NCBI GenBank assembly: GCA_016217975.1
Contig: JACRFH010000010.1
Location: 1 to 57,405, forward strand
Direction: 5' to 3'
DNA length: 57,405 nucleotides
DNA from: Candidatus Kaiserbacteria bacterium
Lineage (GTDB): Bacteria; Patescibacteriota; Minisyncoccia; Phycocordibacterales; UBA2100
In this document: one piece after another, positions 8,279 to 17,154 of the stretch
Layout: each line of letters begins with the position of its first letter
Numbering within the stretch: position 1 is the stretch's first letter
Notes under the pieces: generated by a model
Told to the model about the DNA's origin: nothing
Databases searched by the model: none
The model's input: the letters and a program-made list of their open reading frames with translations, nothing else
Translations under genes and position numbers: made by a program

Positions 8279-9352
8279 ATGCGAATACTCTCAATTGGTA
8301 CCGATAGGAAATTGTTTGAAGAAGGAAGCGCAGTGCGGATGCGGCAAAAGGCGTATGCGGAAAAGCTTGGAAGCCTCGATATCATTGTTTTTAGCAAGGG
8401 CGGTGGCCCCCAAATAATCCAAGGTGGTTCGGTGCAGGTACTCTCGACTGCATCAGCCACAAAACTTCTCTATGGATGGGATGCGTGGCGTATGGCCAAG
8501 ACTCTTCCTCGATCCGATGTCGTCACGGCACAAGATCCGTTTGAGACAGGACTTATTTCTCTCTTCATCGCGCGAATGCTCGGTGTCCCTCTGCATGTGC
8601 AGGTGCACACCGACTTTCTAATGAAGGGTTTCGTAAACCCATCATTCTCGGTACGAGGAATACTAAATCGTGTGCGGAGGTGGATCGCGTGGTTTGTGCT
8701 CCGACGGGCCGCACGGATTCGCGTGACGCTTGAGCGGACTAAGGACGAGCTGGTTCGACGAGGGATCAAAGCGCCGATAACGGTGCTCCCCATATTCGTT
8801 GATGTAGCGCGATTCGCAGCGATTCCGCGCACAAAGCATCCAAAATGGAAAATCGCGGCACTCTGTGTCGGTCGTCTTGAAAAAGAGAAACGTTTCGAGC
8901 TTGCGATCGATGCGGTGGCAGCAGCCAGAAAGAAAGGTCACGACATCGGTCTCACTGTTGTCGGCTCTGGAAGTCAGCTTCCGATTTTACGTGAGAGAGC
9001 AATGCGCGCAGGCATCATCGATCGAGTCGAATTCGCTGGATGGCAAGGTTCAACCTTGCCATTTTATTCGACCGCGGACATTGTAATCGTGCCTTCACAG
9101 TATGAAGGCTATGGACTCGTCATTATTGAAGCACTTGCGGCTGGGATCCCAGTTCTTGCGACCGACGTCGGTGTCGCGCGCGAAGCCGGCGCGATTGTAG
9201 TTGGCGCAAAAGAATTCCCGCAGGCACTTCTGCGCTGGATCGAAAATGGCCCTCGGCAAGCCGCACTCGCGCAGGCACCCTATAACGACCAAAACGACTA
9301 CATCGAGCGGTACTGCGACGATATTGCCGCAGCGTCTAGGCCTGTGCTATAG
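8279..9352 (+). CDS. glycosyltransferase family 4
   Basis: PSQYEGYGLVIIEALAAGIPVLATDVG (EX7E region). Starts 1 nt after the upstream stop. Confidence 0.8.
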   Translation: MRILSIGTDRKLFEEGSAVRMRQKAYAEKLGSLDIIVFSKGGGPQIIQGGSVQVLSTASATKLLYGWDAWRMAKTLPRSDVVTAQDPFETGLISLFIARMLGVPLHVQVHTDFLMKGFVNPSFSVRGILNRVRRWIAWFVLRRAARIRVTLERTKDELVRRGIKAPITVLPIFVDVARFAAIPRTKHPKWKIAALCVGRLEKEKRFELAIDAVAAARKKGHDIGLTVVGSGSQLPILRERAMRAGIIDRVEFAGWQGSTLPFYSTADIVIVPSQYEGYGLVIIEALAAGIPVLATDVGVAREAGAIVVGAKEFPQALLRWIENGPRQAALAQAPYNDQNDYIERYCDDIAAASRPVL

Positions 9353-9361
9353 TCCTCTTTC

Positions 9362-10291
9362 ATGGCTAAAAAGCGGCGGAAAATGGGAGAGAAACCGATC
9401 ATTGGCTTCATCGGGCAAGGATACGTTGGCAAGAATTATGCCGATGATTATGAGGAGCGCGGATACAAGGTGATTCGCTATTCGCTTGAGCCAGCGTACG
9501 TCAAAAACAAAGATCAGATACGGAATTGTGACATTGTTTTTGTCGCAGTATGGACTCCGACTACTCCCAAAGGCTTCGACGCTTCGATAGTCGAGAGTGT
9601 CCTCAAGCTTGCAAAGAAAGGCGCAATTGTGATTTTGAAATCTACCGTGGTCCCGGGGACGACAGTTCGTCTCCAAAAGAAGTTTCCGCACCTCATCGTC
9701 CTATTTTCGCCGGAATTCTTGTCGGTCGGTACCGCGGCGGAAGATGCGCGGCATCCATTTTCAAATATCCTCGGACTCCCCGTCGACGATGCTGCGCGTC
9801 GCGTTGCCGCGCACAAAGTGCTCGCGACCTTGCCAAAAGCGCCGCACGAACTTATCTGCAAAAGCACAGAAGCGGAGATCATAAAATATTCCCACAACAT
9901 AAGCGGCTATGCGCAGATCATCACTTTCAACATGCTCTACGAGGTGGCCAAGAAACTTGGCAGCGACTGGGATGTTATACACAAGGCACTCGTGGCGGAT
10001 CCGTATATTCCGAATCGATATTCGCAGCCGGTCCACAAAAGCGGGCGAGGTGCCGGGGGCGGATGCTTCATCAAGGATTTTGCAGCATTCCGGAGTGTGT
10101 ATGAGAAATTGATGCCGAAAGATGCAGAATCTATTGGCGCGCTCAAGGCGTTCGAAAAGAAAAATATACAACTTCTGACAAGCACGAAGAAAGATCTCGA
10201 GCTTTTGGCAGGTGTCTACGGACCAAAAGTAGTCAAAATCAAAGTCAAACCGGCTGTGGGGAGATCAGCTTCCAGCACTAAAGCGCGATAG
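9362..10291 (+). CDS. UDP-glucose/GDP-mannose dehydrogenase family protein (short form)
   Basis: IGFIGQGYVGKNY, KSTVVPGTT, SPEFLSVGTAAEDARHP and GGGCFIKD match UGDH-family blocks. At 309 aa the usual C-terminal domain appears to be missing. Confidence 0.6.
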   Translation: MAKKRRKMGEKPIIGFIGQGYVGKNYADDYEERGYKVIRYSLEPAYVKNKDQIRNCDIVFVAVWTPTTPKGFDASIVESVLKLAKKGAIVILKSTVVPGTTVRLQKKFPHLIVLFSPEFLSVGTAAEDARHPFSNILGLPVDDAARRVAAHKVLATLPKAPHELICKSTEAEIIKYSHNISGYAQIITFNMLYEVAKKLGSDWDVIHKALVADPYIPNRYSQPVHKSGRGAGGGCFIKDFAAFRSVYEKLMPKDAESIGALKAFEKKNIQLLTSTKKDLELLAGVYGPKVVKIKVKPAVGRSASSTKAR

Positions 10292-10303
10292 AATGGGAGC
10301 ATG

Positions 10304-10437
10304 CCCGGTAGGACAATTTGGCATTGCCTTGGTGGCGCTTCTGTACACCGACGATCAATAATCTGTGATGGTTGGAATATTGAGATTTCATATGGGCATA
10401 ACAGCGGCAGAAACTATGCCAAATTGTACTGACCGGG
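10304..10437. repeat. 134-bp element with ~21-bp terminal inverted repeats (MITE-like or long structured hairpin), copy 1
   Basis: Left end CCCGGTAGGACAATTTGGCAT, right end ATGCCAAATTGTACTGACCGGG. The ends are conserved with the copy at 19030-19162 and the centre is divergent. It abuts the ATG at 10439. Confidence 0.75.
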
Positions 10438-10438
10438 T

Positions 10439-11476
10439 ATGAAGCTCCTCATTATCACGCAAGCGGTCGATCTTGATGATCCCGTCCTAGCTTTTTTTCA
10501 TGGATGGATAGAGAAATTTGCGTCGCGATTTGAGCACGTTCACGTTATTTGCCTTAAAGAGGGACGGCATGCGTTGCCCTCCAACGTAAAAGTGCATAGT
10601 CTTGGTAAGGAAAATGGAGAATCGAATATAAAATACATCAGGCGATTTCTCACATATGTCTGGGCTCTCCGAAAAGAGTACGACACGGTGTTTGTGCATA
10701 TGAATCCTGAATATATCGTCCTCGGTGGATGGCTGTGGAAACTGATTCGGAAACCTGTGACGCTCTGGTATATCCACCCAAAATCATCGTGGCGGCTGTG
10801 GATCGCTCGTATTTTCGCGACTCACATCGTGAGCGCAACAGAAAAGAGTTTTCCGCTTCGATCCCAAAAATTGATCCCGATCGGTCTCGGGGTCGATACG
10901 GATTTCTTCAATCCGGGAGAAGTGCCCTCGGGAGATGATTTTAAAGTAATGCTTGCGGCGCGCATCGCACCGGTCAAGCGCGTGGAGTGCGTGATCGGTG
11001 CAGTGTCGGAGTTGATGCGCAGGAATGTGCCCGTTGTGTTTGACTATTACGGCGGCGCACTTCGACGCGACAAGACATATGCCGACACTATGTACAAGCT
11101 TGTGCCAGCAGCGACACCGCCCGACATGTGGCGCTGGCATGGCGATTCGTCACAGACACAAGTGCGTGATGCGTATCGTGCGCACGACGCGCATGTGAAT
11201 GCGACTGATTCAGGATCCTTCGACAAAGCAGTCTTTGAATCAATGGCATGTGGATGCATCACAGTCGTTTCCAATCGTGCACTTCGCGGCGTTGTGCCTG
11301 ACGAGTTGATGTTTGAAGAGGGTGACTCGGTTTCTCTTGCCGACGTGCTCGAGCGTGTCTATCGTCTTTCTTGTTCAGAACGCTCAGAGCTCAAGAAGAA
11401 AATACGCGCTATCGCCGAAGAAAAGTACAGTCTTTCAGCGCTCATCGGCAGAGTTGTCGAAGTTCTAAAATCATGA
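10439..11476 (+). CDS. glycosyltransferase (GT-B, GT4-like)
   Basis: MKLLIITQAVDLDDPVLAFFHGW N-terminus and a C-terminal FDKAVFESMACGCITV (degenerate EX7E). Confidence 0.7.
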   Translation: MKLLIITQAVDLDDPVLAFFHGWIEKFASRFEHVHVICLKEGRHALPSNVKVHSLGKENGESNIKYIRRFLTYVWALRKEYDTVFVHMNPEYIVLGGWLWKLIRKPVTLWYIHPKSSWRLWIARIFATHIVSATEKSFPLRSQKLIPIGLGVDTDFFNPGEVPSGDDFKVMLAARIAPVKRVECVIGAVSELMRRNVPVVFDYYGGALRRDKTYADTMYKLVPAATPPDMWRWHGDSSQTQVRDAYRAHDAHVNATDSGSFDKAVFESMACGCITVVSNRALRGVVPDELMFEEGDSVSLADVLERVYRLSCSERSELKKKIRAIAEEKYSLSALIGRVVEVLKS

Positions 11477-12543
11477 GGTGCATACTTTTTTTTGGCATCT
11501 ACGATCCGAGATATGCCCGCAATCGGGTGCTGTACGAAGGATTCAAGCGCAATGGTTGGGAAATTACCGAGTGTCACGTAGATCCTAAAGTCAATCGCGG
11601 GATACTGAAATATTTGAAATTATTCCTTCTCGGTCTCAAGGCTTGGCGAGAACGATACGATCTTGTTCTTGTTTGCTTTCCAGGACACACGGTGATGCCG
11701 CTTGCACGATTTCTTTTCGGCCCGCGCGTGGTTTTTGATGCATTTCTCTCGGTCTATGACTCAAATGTCTTTGACCGCAAAGTGTACCCCGCCAATAGTT
11801 TGCGTGCGTGGCGCGATAAGATGCTCGATACATGGAGTTGCAAACTCGCACGGAAGGTTCTCCTTGATACCAATCAGCATATTGAGTACTTCGTGAAGAC
11901 ATTCGGCATTTCGCGCGAGAAATTCATTCGTATGTGGATTAGTGCCGACGACACGATGTTTTTCCCGACCAACATCCCAGAAGCGGCGGTATTTACGGTT
12001 CACTTCTACGGCACATTTATCCCACTCCAAGGCATTCAATACATAATCGAGGCCGCGAACATTCTTCGCGATGAGGATATCCGGTTTCGTATCGTCGGCT
12101 CTGGCCAAGAGCGTGAGCGAATCGAAAGGCAAATAGAAGACTTCAAGCTCGACACTATTGAATGGATCGGGAAAGTGCCGGTCGAGCGTGTTCCTGGATA
12201 CATGGCTGGAGCACATGTGGTACTTGGTATTTTTGGCGATACCGAAAAAACCAAGCGCGTCATACCCAACAAAGTCTACGAAGCGATGGCTATGGGGAAA
12301 GCCATTATTACTGCAGACACGCCCGCGATTCGTGAACTCGAAGGCGCCTCTGCTGCACTTAAACTCATCCCGGTTGCAAACGCAAAAGCGCTCGCTGATG
12401 CGATTCTCGAATTAAAGAACGATAGTGGACGTCGAAAGATACTCGGCCTCTCCGCACGAGCGCTCTTTGAGCGCGAGTGTTTGCCTGAACAAATCATAAA
12501 GAATCTTATTGAAGAACTGCAAAGATCTTCTATCCGAGCATAA
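11473..12543 (+). CDS. glycosyltransferase (GT-B)
   Basis: I chose the internal ATG at 11473 (ATGA overlap with the upstream stop). MRCILFFGIYDPRYARNRV N-terminus and C-terminal NKVYEAMAMGKAIITADTPAIREL. Confidence 0.7.
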   Translation: MRCILFFGIYDPRYARNRVLYEGFKRNGWEITECHVDPKVNRGILKYLKLFLLGLKAWRERYDLVLVCFPGHTVMPLARFLFGPRVVFDAFLSVYDSNVFDRKVYPANSLRAWRDKMLDTWSCKLARKVLLDTNQHIEYFVKTFGISREKFIRMWISADDTMFFPTNIPEAAVFTVHFYGTFIPLQGIQYIIEAANILRDEDIRFRIVGSGQERERIERQIEDFKLDTIEWIGKVPVERVPGYMAGAHVVLGIFGDTEKTKRVIPNKVYEAMAMGKAIITADTPAIRELEGASAALKLIPVANAKALADAILELKNDSGRRKILGLSARALFERECLPEQIIKNLIEELQRSSIRA

Positions 12544-12551
12544 AATCGAAA

Positions 12552-12567
12552 CCCGCCTTGCGGCGGG
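12552..12567 (+). terminator. GC hairpin after the GT operon
   Basis: CCCGCC-TTGC-GGCGGG followed by CTTCTC. It lies 9 nt after the stop at 12541-12543. Confidence 0.5.
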
Positions 12568-12622
12568 CTTCTCGGGGGCCTAGATGCCATTTGTAGTGGG
12601 AAGTATAGATTATTGCCGTGAG

Positions 12623-12652
12623 TTGTCAATGAAGCCCCGAAGCGGCTATAAT
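12623..12652 (+). promoter_or_regulatory. sigma70-like promoter (TTGTCA - 18 nt - TATAAT)
   Basis: -35 at 12623-12628 and -10 at 12647-12652. The ATG at 12663 lies 10 nt downstream of the -10, and no Shine-Dalgarno sequence is in between. Confidence 0.5.
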
Positions 12653-12662
12653 GCGGGCTATT

Positions 12663-13682
12663 ATGGGCGAAAAGCCGCAGACCATACTCATCACCGGTGT
12701 TGCCGGTTTTCTTGGTAGTCACTTGGCAGAGGCGCTTTTGAAGCGCGGGCACACCGTGCGCGGCGTCGACAACATGATCGGAGGATATCTCGACAACGTG
12801 CCGCAGGGAGTGGAATTTCGGCAGATGGATTGCATAGATCGCGAGGGCATGGCGCGCTTCATGGAAGGAAGCGATATCGTCTATCATTGTGCGGCAACCG
12901 CCTATGAGGGGCTCTCGGTATTCTCGCCGCACCTGGTAACCCAGAATATTTTTGGCATCACGCTCTCCACACTTAGTGCGGCAATCTCGACAAAAGTCCG
13001 CAGATTTGTGATGTGCAGTTCAATGGCTCGCTATGGCACGCAAGACAAACTGCCGTTTACGGAAGATATGGTTCCCAAACCACAAGACCCATACGGCATT
13101 GCAAAATATGCCTCCGAACTCTGTCTAGCCAACCTTGCAAAGACGCACGGCATGGAATATTCGATCGCCGTTCCCCACAACATCATCGGCGCACGCCAGA
13201 AATATGACGATCCGTATCGCAACGTGGCCGCAATCATGATCAATCTGATGCTCCAGGGCAGGCAGCCGATCATCTACGGCGATGGTGAGCAGATGCGCTG
13301 CTTTTCGTTCTACCAAGACGTCGTTGATCCGCTCATCAAAATGGGATTTGAAGACAAGGCACTTGGGGAGATCGTAAATATCGGGCCTGATGAAGAGCCG
13401 GTCACGATCAACAAACTTGCGGAAATCGTTGCAGAACTCATTGGGATGAAACTTAAGCCGGTGTACATGCCGGACAGGCCGCAAGAGGTGCGCGTGGCCA
13501 CATGCAGCGCAGAAAAAGCTCGCAAACTCTTGGGCTACCAGACGTCCACCAATCTTCGCGATGGTCTCAAAGACATGATTGAATATATTAAGAAGCGCGG
13601 AGTAAAACCGTTTACGTACCATCTTGATCTTGAGATCGTGAATGATCTCACGCCGCGCACGTGGAAGGAGCGACTTTTCTAA
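12663..13682 (+). CDS. NAD-dependent epimerase/dehydratase
   Basis: ILITGVAGFLGSHLAEALLKRGHTVRGVDN and DPYGIAKYASE (YxxxK). I prefer the ATG at 12663 because the ATG at 12651 overlaps the -10 box. Confidence 0.8.
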   Translation: MGEKPQTILITGVAGFLGSHLAEALLKRGHTVRGVDNMIGGYLDNVPQGVEFRQMDCIDREGMARFMEGSDIVYHCAATAYEGLSVFSPHLVTQNIFGITLSTLSAAISTKVRRFVMCSSMARYGTQDKLPFTEDMVPKPQDPYGIAKYASELCLANLAKTHGMEYSIAVPHNIIGARQKYDDPYRNVAAIMINLMLQGRQPIIYGDGEQMRCFSFYQDVVDPLIKMGFEDKALGEIVNIGPDEEPVTINKLAEIVAELIGMKLKPVYMPDRPQEVRVATCSAEKARKLLGYQTSTNLRDGLKDMIEYIKKRGVKPFTYHLDLEIVNDLTPRTWKERLF

Positions 13683-13683
13683 C

Positions 13684-14472
13684 ATGGCAAAGATCTCCGC
13701 GACTCTCGCAATCCTCACCAAGAATTCGGGGAAGACCCTAAAGAGTGCTTTGGAGAGCGCAAAGGATTTTGACGACATAGTGATTTGTGATGGGAGCTCG
13801 ACGGACGATACGCTCGAAATTGCGCAGCAATATGGCGCGCGCATCGTTCCACAAGATCTCGCATTTCTCAAAGACGGTAAGATATTCGACTACGCCGCGG
13901 TTCGCAACCAGACGCTTGATTCGGCCAAGCACAATTGGTTCTTTTTTCTCGATTCTGATGAATATTGTGGCGAAGATCTGATCACTGCCGTGCGCGAAGT
14001 TGTTGCGTCGCGCAGTGAGGGTGCATTCTGGGTAAATCGAAAATATGTTATTGACGGCATCGTAATCGATTGTGCTGCCACATATCCGAATCGTCAGATG
14101 CGTTTCTTCGCTCGCAATTCTGCGAACCGATTCATCAAACAGGTCCATGAGCGTATTCAGCTGAAAGATGGTGTAGTGCCGGAATTCTTGCCGGGCACGA
14201 CGTACATACCTTTCGATCCAGATATTCTCGCCATACGCCGAAAATGGGATTATCAAATCGCGGTTGCTGCTGGGCAAGCGAGGCCGCTCTCGCCCGCAGG
14301 ATTTCTGTGGGGTGCCATCCAAACAACGAAAGTATCGTTACTCTGGTTGTTCCGTCTTGCCAGGAACACGCTCTTCTGCCACGGCACCAAGATGCCCCTC
14401 AAATTCGAGATGGAACGACACTATTTCCATTTCCGACTTTTACGCGCATTATGGCACGAGGTAAGGTTCTAA
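13684..14472 (+). CDS. glycosyltransferase family 2
   Basis: Internal ATG at 13684. ISATLAILTKNSGKTLKSALESAKDFDDIVICDGSSTDDT and FFLDSDE (DxD). Confidence 0.75.
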   Translation: MAKISATLAILTKNSGKTLKSALESAKDFDDIVICDGSSTDDTLEIAQQYGARIVPQDLAFLKDGKIFDYAAVRNQTLDSAKHNWFFFLDSDEYCGEDLITAVREVVASRSEGAFWVNRKYVIDGIVIDCAATYPNRQMRFFARNSANRFIKQVHERIQLKDGVVPEFLPGTTYIPFDPDILAIRRKWDYQIAVAAGQARPLSPAGFLWGAIQTTKVSLLWLFRLARNTLFCHGTKMPLKFEMERHYFHFRLLRALWHEVRF

Positions 14473-14499
14473 TATATGGACATGCCATGTCCATATATT
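14471..14499. repeat. 29-nt palindrome AATATATGGACATG-C-CATGTCCATATATT (intergenic hairpin)
   Basis: Perfect 14-nt arms overlapping the stop codon of the GT2 gene, 12 nt before the next ATG. Confidence 0.7.
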
Positions 14500-14510
14500 C
14501 CAAAACATTC

Positions 14511-15629
14511 ATGAGAATTTTCTATATAGCAAACATCCGCATCCCGACCGAAAAGGCGCATGGTGTCGCTATCGTGAAATCGTGCGAGGCATATGCTAAA
14601 GAAGGGGCCGAGGTGACTCTTGTGGCGCCGAAGAGGCGAACGCCGTTTGAAAAGAGCATATTTGAGACATACGGAGTGGCAAAGAATTTTGCGGTTCGTT
14701 TTCTTCCTGTCATCGATACCATTGGAGAGAAGGCTGGCCCGCTCGTGTTTTGGCTTGAGACGTTTACGTTTTATGTCTCACTTATCGTGAATCTCTTGTT
14801 CGAGAATCGGAAGACAATCATCTACACCCGCGAACCAGGATTCATTTTGTTGCGGTTAATGGGATTCAAAGTTGCATTTGAATGCCACCTCATACCCAAG
14901 CAGCGCGGTTTCTTTTTCTTTTTGTGCCATCGCGCTTCGAGCATTGTTGTCATCTCTCAAGCTTTAAAGCAATCATTCGTTAAAGCAGGTTTCAAGCCGG
15001 AATCTATCCTTGTCGCTCCCAGCGGCGTTGATCTTTCGATATTTGATATCGAGATTTCAAGAGATCAGGCGCGGCTTATGCTCGATCTGCCGAAAGACAA
15101 ACGGCTTGCCGTATACACGGGCAACTTTACGACGATGGGAGAAGATAAGGGCATTTCCGATATTCTGCGAGCCTTGCCCGATGCTCTCGATGTCGTGTTC
15201 GTTGCCGCGGGGGGAAGCGAAAAAGACAGATTGCGCTACGTGGCGCAGGCGAGCGAGCTCGGAGTCTTGGGACGAGTGATTCTCCGTGGCAGCACAACCC
15301 AAAAAATACTTGCAATGTATCAAAAAGCAGCCGATGTCTTACTTATGCCGTTTCCCGACACGCCGCATTACCGCAATCACATGTCGCCGGTGAAAATGTT
15401 TGAATACATGGCGGCGAAGCGACCCATCATCGCGAGCGATCTCCCAACTATTCGCGAGGTTTTGAACGATACGAACGCAGTTATCATTCCTTCCGGAGAT
15501 TTGAGACAGCTTGCTCAAGCACTTGAGAAAACCGGACTTGACTCGCTCGCTGCACGCGCGTACGAAGATGTTGCGCGCTATAGTTGGACTGCGCGAACTA
15601 AGCGCGTAATTGAGCATATTGGCTTATGA
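14511..15629 (+). CDS. glycosyltransferase family 4
   Basis: Internal ATG at 14511. MRIFYIANIRIPTEKAHGVAIVKSCEAY N-terminus and C-terminal SPVKMFEYMAAKRPIIASDLPTIREV. Confidence 0.75.
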   Translation: MRIFYIANIRIPTEKAHGVAIVKSCEAYAKEGAEVTLVAPKRRTPFEKSIFETYGVAKNFAVRFLPVIDTIGEKAGPLVFWLETFTFYVSLIVNLLFENRKTIIYTREPGFILLRLMGFKVAFECHLIPKQRGFFFFLCHRASSIVVISQALKQSFVKAGFKPESILVAPSGVDLSIFDIEISRDQARLMLDLPKDKRLAVYTGNFTTMGEDKGISDILRALPDALDVVFVAAGGSEKDRLRYVAQASELGVLGRVILRGSTTQKILAMYQKAADVLLMPFPDTPHYRNHMSPVKMFEYMAAKRPIIASDLPTIREVLNDTNAVIIPSGDLRQLAQALEKTGLDSLAARAYEDVARYSWTARTKRVIEHIGL

Positions 15630-16402
15630 GGAGATTCTTAAAACGTCTTTTTGTCCTGAAACTCTATTATTCAGGATTCAACTGGCTCTGCGGTCGGCTC
15701 ATGACGAGGCGCATCTATCTCGTGGGGTATCACAATATCGACACTGACATGTCCAAGTATGCGAAAGTGACAATCTCGCCAGATGTTTTTGAGCAACATC
15801 TAGAATATCTAAAGTACAATGGCCACACATTTGTCTCGCTGGAACGCCTGCTATCGGACGATCTTGGCGCAATACGGAAGCCCACAGTCATCTATTTTGA
15901 TGATGGATTCAAGTCTGTGTTAACCAATGCGCTTTCGATACTAAAAAAATTTGGGGCTGCTCCTACCGTCTTTGTGACAACCGATTACATTGGTCGGGAA
16001 TCATATCTTTCATGGGACGATGTTCATACACTTGCGGCACAAGGGGCAACGATCGGCGCACACGGAGAGACTCATACGCATATGACGCAGTGCACGCCTG
16101 AACAATTGCAGACAGAACTCGTCGAGCCTCGCGCGCGCATCAAGAGCGAATGCGGGATCGATGCCAGAGCGCTCGCGTATCCCAATGGCAGGGTAAATGA
16201 CACTGTCGAGGGCGTCGCCCAAAAGGCCGGATATGTGCTCGGAATCTCGAGTGTCGAGGGGACGAACTCTATTTCCGATCTCAAGAACCGAGGACTTCGC
16301 CTCAAGAAAATCGCCCCCAAGCCCTACGATGACCTCATGATGTTTAAGGTGAAAGTCTATAGCTGGAATTTGGCACTTTCGCTCACTCGCCTATGGTCAT
16401 AG
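15626..16402 (+). CDS. polysaccharide deacetylase (CE4/NodB-like)
   Basis: VIYFDDGFKSV, TVFVTTDYIG and ATIGAHGETHTHM match the NodB motif series. ATGA overlap with the upstream gene. Confidence 0.75.
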   Translation: MRRFLKRLFVLKLYYSGFNWLCGRLMTRRIYLVGYHNIDTDMSKYAKVTISPDVFEQHLEYLKYNGHTFVSLERLLSDDLGAIRKPTVIYFDDGFKSVLTNALSILKKFGAAPTVFVTTDYIGRESYLSWDDVHTLAAQGATIGAHGETHTHMTQCTPEQLQTELVEPRARIKSECGIDARALAYPNGRVNDTVEGVAQKAGYVLGISSVEGTNSISDLKNRGLRLKKIAPKPYDDLMMFKVKVYSWNLALSLTRLWS

Positions 16403-17109
16403 AAAAAGGTTTGTGGCCGTTTAAAACCGCGCAGATTATTCTCGATGAGAAAGCGGCGCATGCATATATGCACAAAAGTGGATATGGCCGTATCGTGATC
16501 CTAACGCACGCGAAACTCGATCCGCACGGTTTTTCTTTGCGTCAAAAAGAAACAGCCATTATTGATCTCGACTCTCTCGATGAAGTCCGTGCGCGATTCA
16601 ACAAGACCGCGCGCAATGAAATATCGCGTACCGAGCGCGACCCCGATTTCCGCTTTGAGGTGATAAGTGGATCTATGCCCGATGATGCATATCAGCTCTA
16701 CGCTTCGTCGGTCGAAGTGCGCGAAGGAAAACCGCATGCGCAAAGCACATTTGACGGCATGGTCTTCGTGCTCGGCTATTATCGCGATGAACTTCTCTCC
16801 GGGCTCGCTATTTTTCCCACCAGGCCGGTCGCTCGTATCCGGTCGATTTTCTCGAGGCGGTTTTCGGTGGACGATAAGGATCTCTATGCCAAAATCGGCT
16901 ATGCATCGCGCAGGTGTATGCAGGAAGCATGTAAGTGGGGGATCGAAAATGGGCGAAAAGGGATTGACGTCGGGTCGGTAAATCGCACCGATGAGCAAAA
17001 ATCAGGCATGATGATGTTCAAACTTTCCTTCGGCGGTCGCATCGTTCCCGAATACACCTATACCCGCACGTCAGCTCTTTTTTCATTTTTCGAGCGACTT
17101 CTGCGCTAG
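16393..17109 (+). CDS. GNAT/FemAB-like acyl- or aminoacyl-transferase (tentative)
   Basis: The C-terminal MMMFKLSFGGRIVPEYTY resembles the FemAB/BioF2-like acetyltransferase tail. Overlaps the deacetylase gene by 10 nt. Confidence 0.4.
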   Translation: MVIEKGLWPFKTAQIILDEKAAHAYMHKSGYGRIVILTHAKLDPHGFSLRQKETAIIDLDSLDEVRARFNKTARNEISRTERDPDFRFEVISGSMPDDAYQLYASSVEVREGKPHAQSTFDGMVFVLGYYRDELLSGLAIFPTRPVARIRSIFSRRFSVDDKDLYAKIGYASRRCMQEACKWGIENGRKGIDVGSVNRTDEQKSGMMMFKLSFGGRIVPEYTYTRTSALFSFFERLLR

Positions 17110-17154
17110 TTCGCTAACCTTTCTTCTCGGAGGGACTCGGAGTACCATGAGCGT

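Noticed and set aside
10304-10437. Integron attC site interpretation of the TIR elements
   Set aside because: The size and the conserved-ends/variable-core layout resemble attC. However, I find no RYYYAAC / GTTRRRY core sites at the ends, and no integron integrase is in the window.
12276-12932. 218-aa minus-strand ORF
   Set aside because: It runs antisense across the end of one well-supported GT gene, the terminator/promoter gap, and the start of an SDR gene. It is a shadow ORF.
13125-13871. 248-aa minus-strand ORF
   Set aside because: It is antisense to the SDR (YxxxK region) and to the start of the GT2 gene. It has no motifs, so it is a shadow ORF.
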